From the NCBI GenBank assembly GCA_021811025.1, contig JAJZPX010000001.1, forward strand, positions 1-26,991: a DNA stretch of 26,991 bases. Reading direction: 5' to 3'. How positions within the stretch are numbered: position 1 is the stretch's first letter; each line of letters opens with the position of its first letter. The notes beneath the pieces are model-generated. The model made no database searches and was not told the origin of the DNA. It saw nothing but the letters and a program-made list of their open reading frames with translations. Origin of the DNA: Actinomycetes bacterium (GTDB lineage Bacteria > Actinomycetota > Coriobacteriia > Anaerosomatales > JAJZPX01). Positions 21,847 through 26,991 of the stretch are shown here, in pieces. The translations under genes and the position numbers were made by a program.

Positions 21847-23319
21847 ATGGCCGAGGCGAACCGACTCAACAAGGACCTGACTCTCGAGGAGTTCCGAGGC
21901 TTTCGCGACTACGTCCTGAAGCACTCGGGCATCTTCCTCGAGGACACGAAGATGGACAGCCTGCGGATCTCGCTCGTCGCGCGGGCGACTCGCCTCAACC
22001 TCGTGTCGTTCGCCGACTACATGTCGATCCTCCGCGCGGACGACAAGGAGTTCAACGAGCTCCTCAACCTCATCACGATCAACGAAACCAGCTTCTTCCG
22101 CTTCCCCCAGCAGTTCGACGCGCTCCGTAACCGCGTGCTGCCCGAGATCCTCGAGTCGAAGCTCTCGACCAACAGGAACGTGCGGATCTGGTCGGCGGGG
22201 TGCTCCACGGGCGAGGAGCCCTACAGCATCGCGATGACGCTCGCCGAGTCCGGGCTGGAGGGCCTGGGGTGGAGGCCGCACGTTCTCGGCACCGACGTCT
22301 CCACGAAGGCGCTGGCGAAGGCGCGCGAGGGGGTCTACCAGCGCAAGGGGCTCTCGGGGATGCCCGAGGAGATCGTCGAGCGCTACTTCGAGGCGGACGG
22401 GGAGCGCGTGCGGATGGGCCCGGCGGCCCGGCGAATGGTGGACTTCCAGTACCACAATCTCATCAAGGAGCCGTATCCCATCGAGATGATGGCGGGATGG
22501 GACGTCATCTTCTGCCGCAACGTCACGATCTACTTCAAGCTCGAGTCGACGCGTCGCGTCGTCCACAACTTCTTCGAGAGCCTCAACGACGGCGGGTACC
22601 TGTTCGTCGGCCATTCCGAGACGCTCACGAGCATCTCGGACGAGTTCGAGCCTGTGGAGGCGGGCGAGGTCTTCCTGTACCGCAAGCCGCGCCACGGCCG
22701 CGCGTTCAGCGCTCCAGCTCCACGCCTCGACGCGCAGCCGGCGCACGGGCAGCGCGCGAAGGCGGCGGGGCGGCAGCAGGAGCCTCCGAAGAAGCACCAG
22801 CGCGCCGACGACCTCGCGGCCGAGGCGGCGGAGCTGTTCGTGGAGCGGCACCCCGAGAAGGTGCTGGCGCTCGTCGACGAGATGCTCACGATGGAGCCCC
22901 ACGACGCGCAGGCGCACGTCCTTGCGGCGCACGCGTACGCGGACCTGGGCAACTACGACGCCGCGCTCGCGGCGTGCACCCGCGCTCTCGCGATCGACCC
23001 TCTGCTGCCCGTCGCGCGCTACATCCTCGGCCTCATCCAGCAGCGGCAGGGCGACGTGGTCGGCGCCGTGTCCGAGTTCAAGCGCACGATCTACATCGAC
23101 CCCGATTTCGCTCTCGCGCACCTGAACCTCGGGACGATCTACAAGTCCCAGGGCGACTGGGAGGCGGCGGCGCGGGAGTACGAGAACACCATCCGGGCGC
23201 TGTACAAGAACCCGACCGGATCGTGGCGCGAGTTCCTCGGCGGATTCCAGGCGGACCTGCTGCTCAAGACGTGCGAACGAAGTCTGCTAGAGTGCAGGAA
23301 GGCGATGGGAATCGCCTAA
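21847..23319 (+). CDS. cheR: Chemotaxis methyltransferase CheR with C-terminal TPR repeats (490 aa)
   Basis: Motifs INETSFFR, RIWSAGCSTGEEPYSIAM, GTDVS, FQYHNL, DVIFCRNVTIYF and GGYLFVGHSE, followed by TPRs (AHVLAAHAYADLG, ARYILGLI, FALAHLNLG). Confidence 0.95.
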   Translation: MAEANRLNKDLTLEEFRGFRDYVLKHSGIFLEDTKMDSLRISLVARATRLNLVSFADYMSILRADDKEFNELLNLITINETSFFRFPQQFDALRNRVLPEILESKLSTNRNVRIWSAGCSTGEEPYSIAMTLAESGLEGLGWRPHVLGTDVSTKALAKAREGVYQRKGLSGMPEEIVERYFEADGERVRMGPAARRMVDFQYHNLIKEPYPIEMMAGWDVIFCRNVTIYFKLESTRRVVHNFFESLNDGGYLFVGHSETLTSISDEFEPVEAGEVFLYRKPRHGRAFSAPAPRLDAQPAHGQRAKAAGRQQEPPKKHQRADDLAAEAAELFVERHPEKVLALVDEMLTMEPHDAQAHVLAAHAYADLGNYDAALAACTRALAIDPLLPVARYILGLIQQRQGDVVGAVSEFKRTIYIDPDFALAHLNLGTIYKSQGDWEAAAREYENTIRALYKNPTGSWREFLGGFQADLLLKTCERSLLECRKAMGIA

Positions 23320-23377
23320 AGCCGCCGGCGCGCTCACGCCGATAGAGATGTGTACGCTGTTTCGGGAGGGAGAGCGG

Positions 23378-23755
23378 ATGGCAGCGCGGATACTGGCGGT
23401 GGACGACAGCCCTACCATCCTCGAGATGATCAAGGCGATCCTCGTCGCCGGCGGCTACGAGGTAATCACCGCAGCCGACGGCCAGGAAGCCCTCAACACG
23501 GCGCGTGCCGAGAAGCCCGACCTGATCCTGCTCGACGTCATGCTCCCGAAGCTCGACGGCTATCGCGTCTGCCGCCTGCTCAAGTTCGACCAGAACTACA
23601 AGCACATCCCGATAATCATGCTGACCGCGAAGACCGAGGAGCAATCGATGGCGACCGGGCTTCGCACGGGTGCGGACCAGTACCTCACGAAGCCGATCGA
23701 GCCGGAGGTGCTCCTCTCGTCCGTCGCGCAGGAGCTCGGCAAGGTCGCAGGGTAG
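23378..23755 (+). CDS. Single-domain response regulator (CheY/PilH-like REC, 125 aa)
   Basis: ILAVDDSP, PDLILLDVMLPKLDG, IPIIMLTAK and YLTKP are all intact. GGGAGGGAG SD before ATG 23378. Confidence 0.93.
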   Translation: MAARILAVDDSPTILEMIKAILVAGGYEVITAADGQEALNTARAEKPDLILLDVMLPKLDGYRVCRLLKFDQNYKHIPIIMLTAKTEEQSMATGLRTGADQYLTKPIEPEVLLSSVAQELGKVAG

Positions 23756-23762
23756 GCGCGTC

Positions 23763-25637
23763 GTGTCCGAAGCGGCCTCGATAACGACCCGGGTCCTCGA
23801 TACGCTAGCCAACGCCGGGCTGGTCACGCTCGAGCAGCTCACCGTCATCAACGAGGCGGCGGCGGGCGGCCGGGGCGCGGGTGAGGTGCTCCTGGAGCGC
23901 GGCCTCGTCACGGCTCGCGACGTCGGCACGGTGCTCGAGGACGAGATGGGCGTGCCCCGCGTCGACCTCTCGAGCTACACGCCCGACGACACCGCGCTCG
24001 CGCTCGTGCCCGCCTCGGTCGCGCGTGAGCGCCGCATCCTGCCGCTGTTCGAGATCGAGGGCACGCTCACGGTCGCGATCGGCGACCCCATGGACGTCTT
24101 CTCGCTCGACGACGTCGCGAGGCAGCTGGGCGTCGAGCTCGATCCGGTGCTGGCGGAGCCGGCAGACCTGCTCGGGGCGATCGCGCAGTACTACGACGTC
24201 CGCGTCGAGGAGGATGCGGCGGGCGCGCTCGACGCCGCGGCGTCCGGGCCGCCTGCCGTGGAGCTCGAGCCCGAGCGTGCCGTGGAGGTGCCGGCCCCCA
24301 TGCCCCGCGAGGAGATGCCCCCGCCTCCGCCGTCGTCCGAGGAGCTGCTCGCGCAGCTCCCGCCGCGGGACGCCTCCGACGCTCCCGCTCCCGCCTCGGC
24401 CGAGGCGCACACGATGGAGGATGTCGCGGCGGCGGAGGTGACCGCCGCAGCCGGTCGCATCGACCTGGACGTGCTGGCCGTGGCGGACTCGCGCAAGATC
24501 GCCGTCCTGGTGGCCGACATCCTCGAGGACGCCGCCGGGCGCGGGGCGAGCCAGATCCATCTCCTCCCGTACAAGGAGGATTTCTTCCTCGTCTACCGGA
24601 TCGACGGCCGTCTCGAGAAGATCGCGACGGCCCCGCTCTCCATGCAGGGCGCGCTGGTCGACGCGTTCAAGTCGTTCGCGAAGCTGGGCTCGGTCCCCGC
24701 ATCGCTCCCCGCGCTCGGCCGCGTGCACTCGCGCCTCGGCGACTCGGAGACGGTGCTCGTGGTCTCCGCCGTGCCCACGATCGCCGGTCAGCGCGTCGTG
24801 ATCGGCCTCGCGGCGCCGCGAGCCAACCTGCCCGTGCTGGGAGACCTCGGGATGACCGAGGCCGAGGCGCGGGCGCTCGGTGCGATGGTCGAGCGGGGGA
24901 GGGGCATCCTCCTGCTTTGCGCGCCGGTGGCGGCGGGCCGGAGCACGACCTACTACGCGCTGCTGAGCCTCGCGGCAGCGGCGGGCAAGACGGCGTACTC
25001 GGTCGAGCGCTCGATCGACTTCGAGATCCCCGCGGTGGCACAGGTGATGGTGACGCCGGGCTCACCGGCAGGGGCTGCCGCGCACATAGCCGCGGGGCTG
25101 CGACAGGACACGGACGTCATCGCCATCGACGGCCTTCAGGCGGCCGAGGAGATACACCTCGCGGTGGAGGCGGCCGGGCTGGGCAAGCTGGTGATCGCGA
25201 CGTTCGCGGCCGGCGACGTCGTGTCCGGGGTGCGGCGCATGCTCGACCTCGGCGCGGAGCCGGTCAGCCTCGCCGCAGCGCTCACCCTCGGCGCGGGGCA
25301 GCGCCTCATGCGGACGAACTGCCCGGACTGCAGCGTCGAGCAGCGCAGCCCGCTCGCCGGCAAGATACCGGGCATCCCCTCGGACTTCGTGGACCGCGCG
25401 GGCGCGGGTTGCCCGAGGTGCGCGAAGACCGGCTTCCGCGGCATGACCGGCGTGTTCGAGGTCCTGCCGTTCACGGAGTCGATGCGCTCGGTGGTGGCGC
25501 ACGACGCGTCGCTGTCGGAGCTGGCGTCCGCCGCGAAGGCGGCGGGGATGCGGCCGCTGCTGGTTTCAGGGCTCGACAAGGCGCGCGCGGGGGTCGTCAG
25601 CCTGGCCGAGCTGGACAGAGTGCTGAGGTTGACGTAG
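23763..25637 (+). CDS. GspE/PilB-family protein with degenerate ATPase motifs (predicted pseudo-ATPase, 624 aa)
   Basis: Degenerate MshEN-like N-terminus, T2SSE_N domain (VPRVDL...ARERRILPL...VAIGDP), ASQIH, YRIDG, RQDTDVI, CPDC/CPRC, GFRGMTGVFEVL and GVVSLAELDRV. Walker A reads APVAAGRST. Confidence 0.88.
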   Translation: MSEAASITTRVLDTLANAGLVTLEQLTVINEAAAGGRGAGEVLLERGLVTARDVGTVLEDEMGVPRVDLSSYTPDDTALALVPASVARERRILPLFEIEGTLTVAIGDPMDVFSLDDVARQLGVELDPVLAEPADLLGAIAQYYDVRVEEDAAGALDAAASGPPAVELEPERAVEVPAPMPREEMPPPPPSSEELLAQLPPRDASDAPAPASAEAHTMEDVAAAEVTAAAGRIDLDVLAVADSRKIAVLVADILEDAAGRGASQIHLLPYKEDFFLVYRIDGRLEKIATAPLSMQGALVDAFKSFAKLGSVPASLPALGRVHSRLGDSETVLVVSAVPTIAGQRVVIGLAAPRANLPVLGDLGMTEAEARALGAMVERGRGILLLCAPVAAGRSTTYYALLSLAAAAGKTAYSVERSIDFEIPAVAQVMVTPGSPAGAAAHIAAGLRQDTDVIAIDGLQAAEEIHLAVEAAGLGKLVIATFAAGDVVSGVRRMLDLGAEPVSLAAALTLGAGQRLMRTNCPDCSVEQRSPLAGKIPGIPSDFVDRAGAGCPRCAKTGFRGMTGVFEVLPFTESMRSVVAHDASLSELASAAKAAGMRPLLVSGLDKARAGVVSLAELDRVLRLT

Positions 25638-26129
25638 ATGCCCGAGGCGCTGGAGAGCCATGCCCGGGAGGCGGTCGTCTTCCTTCTCGGAGGGCAGCGT
25701 TACGCGCTGCCCATCGACGCCGTGCAGGAGATCCAGCAGATCGTGGCGATGACGGACGTGCCCGAGTCGGCGCAGGGCGTCATCGGCATGGTGAACCTGC
25801 GCGGCGACGTCATCCCCGCCGTCGATCTCAGGCGGCTCCTCAAGATGGAGGCGCACGCGTTCGACCTGCAGACGCCCATGGTCATCGCGCGCCTGTCGGG
25901 CTCGCTCGTCGCGCTTGTCGTCGACGAGGTCGAGGACGTGGCGGCGCTCCCCGAAGGCTGCATCCAGGGCGCGGGCGAGTTCCTGGAACTGGCGGATCGG
26001 CTCATCGGGGTATGCCGGCTCGAGACGGAGCTCGTGTTCCTGCTCGACCCCGAGGCGCTGCTCGTCCGCGGCGGGGCCGACCGGGGCCGGGCGCAGCCTG
26101 AGCGGCGTTCGCGGAAGAAGGCGCAATGA
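25638..26129 (+). CDS. cheW: Chemotaxis coupling protein CheW (163 aa)
   Basis: VVFLLGGQRYALPIDAVQEI, VPES, GMVNLRGDVIPAVDL and LVVDEV. ATG immediately follows the upstream TAG. Confidence 0.93.
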   Translation: MPEALESHAREAVVFLLGGQRYALPIDAVQEIQQIVAMTDVPESAQGVIGMVNLRGDVIPAVDLRRLLKMEAHAFDLQTPMVIARLSGSLVALVVDEVEDVAALPEGCIQGAGEFLELADRLIGVCRLETELVFLLDPEALLVRGGADRGRAQPERRSRKKAQ

Positions 26130-26680
26130 TGCCGGGCGAACGCATCATGAACGCGGAACGCGGGGATCTTCTCAACGACGTCCAAGGCGTGCTCCGCTGG
26201 CGCGCCGAGTCGCTCGCGGCCGAGCAGCAGGAAGAGGCGGCCGAGGACGCGCTGTCCCTGCTGCTGTTCTCGCTCGGCGAGGAATCGTACGCCGTGCCGA
26301 TCCGGTCCGTGCGCGAGATCTACAACGAGTTCGTGATCACCCCGGTCCCGTGCGTGCCGCAGTTCATCCTCGGAGTGATGAACATCCGGGGCGAGATCGT
26401 GTCGGTGACGGACGTGAAGCAGCTTCTCCGGCTTCCGGCCGGGCAGCCGGACGCGATGTCGCCGGTGATAGTGGTCGAGAACGACGAGTGCTCCACCGCG
26501 CTGCTCGTCGACGAGATCGGCGACATCACCGACGTCCCCGAGAGCGCGCTCGAGGCGCCGGTGGCGACGCTCGACAAGAGCCAGGCCGCGTTCGTGTCAG
26601 GCAGCATCTACGTGGGGGGCAGGCTTGTCGGCCTGCTCGATCTCGAGGCGGTCCTCACGCCGATAGGCGTGGAGGCGTGA
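26126..26680 (+). CDS. cheW: Second CheW with N-terminal helical extension (184 aa)
   Basis: LLFSLGEESYAVPIRSVREI, TPVPCVPQFILGVMNIRGEIVSVTD and LLVDEI. ATGA overlap with the first cheW. Confidence 0.93.
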   Translation: MMPGERIMNAERGDLLNDVQGVLRWRAESLAAEQQEEAAEDALSLLLFSLGEESYAVPIRSVREIYNEFVITPVPCVPQFILGVMNIRGEIVSVTDVKQLLRLPAGQPDAMSPVIVVENDECSTALLVDEIGDITDVPESALEAPVATLDKSQAAFVSGSIYVGGRLVGLLDLEAVLTPIGVEA

Positions 26681-26703
26681 AGTCCAGGGAGGAACGGTAG
26701 ACG

Positions 26704-26991
26704 ATGGGGCTCCTTCAGCAATTCCGCAGCAGGTTCCTCTACAAGTTCTTCGCGGTGAACGCCGGGCTTGTCATCCTGGCGACCGCGCTGCAGGCCGCGG
26801 TCTTCTTCCTCGTGTTCGGCCACGAGATCGGCGGCTCGCAGGAGTTCCTCTCGGAGCTGTGGGTCACGGCCGCCGTGCTGGTCGTGACGCTCGCGCTGTG
26901 GCTGCTCGCGTTCATGCTCGTCGGGAGGCGCTTCATCGAGCCGCTCGGCCACATCTCCGAGTCCGTGAAGGCCGCCTGCCAGGGCGAGATC
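26704..26991 (+). CDS. Membrane protein with 2 TM helices + start of a HAMP domain; probable chemoreceptor (MCP), 3'-truncated
   Basis: Not in the ORF track; translated by hand as MGLLQQFRSRFLYKFFAVNAGLVILATALQAAVFFLVFGHEIGGSQEFLSELWVTAAVLVVTLALWLLAFMLVGRRFIEPLGHISESVKAACQGEI. GGAGG SD upstream, follows two cheW genes. The signalling domain is outside the window, so a kinase cannot be excluded. Confidence 0.7.
   Translation, partial: MGLLQQFRSRFLYKFFAVNAGLVILATALQAAVFFLVFGHEIGGSQEFLSELWVTAAVLVVTLALWLLAFMLVGRRFIEPLGHISESVKAACQGEI

Noticed and set aside
23670-23762. REC-PilB fusion or longer PilB N-terminus
   Set aside because: REC ends at TAG 23755 in a different frame. The upstream in-frame peptide (MRTSTSRSRSS…) is shadow-like; GTG 23763 is the plausible start.
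1-26991. CRISPR array, IS element, rRNA
   Set aside because: By eye I found no regularly spaced direct repeats, transposase/integrase motifs, terminal inverted repeats or rRNA-like segments.

Overview
A high-GC bacterial chromosomal window. It is probably from an actinobacterial-type lineage, but that is inference from the SmpB and tmRNA style, extended -10 promoters and leaderless genes. From left to right it holds: (1) a trans-translation region with the 3' part of rnr, an M42 peptidase, an AlkD-like protein, smpB, an antisense lipoprotein cytochrome c, ssrA (tmRNA) with its terminator, a small hypothetical protein and dedA; (2) a coupled trehalose pair, a fused TPS-TPP followed by a TreT-like glycosyltransferase; (3) envelope and accessory genes: a lipoprotein, a PQQ-type beta-propeller, a small membrane protein, an orphan REC protein, a GNAT and a catalytically dead trypsin-like membrane protein; (4) two tandem P-type ATPases (an atypical one and MgtA) divergent from a UROD-like/RDD pair, with a perfect CRP-type box between them; (5) the start of a chemosensory operon that runs off the window. 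That operon is the most interesting feature. It encodes a DUF4388/PATAN protein with a tandem MshEN (c-di-GMP-type) motif, CheR-TPR, a stand-alone REC protein, a PilB/GspE homolog whose Walker A, Walker B, Asp box and His box are all degenerate, two CheW proteins, and a 2-TM+HAMP receptor with no extracellular sensor domain. I found no integrase, transposase, CRISPR array, rRNA or true tRNA. All family assignments come from motif recognition by eye; no searches were run.
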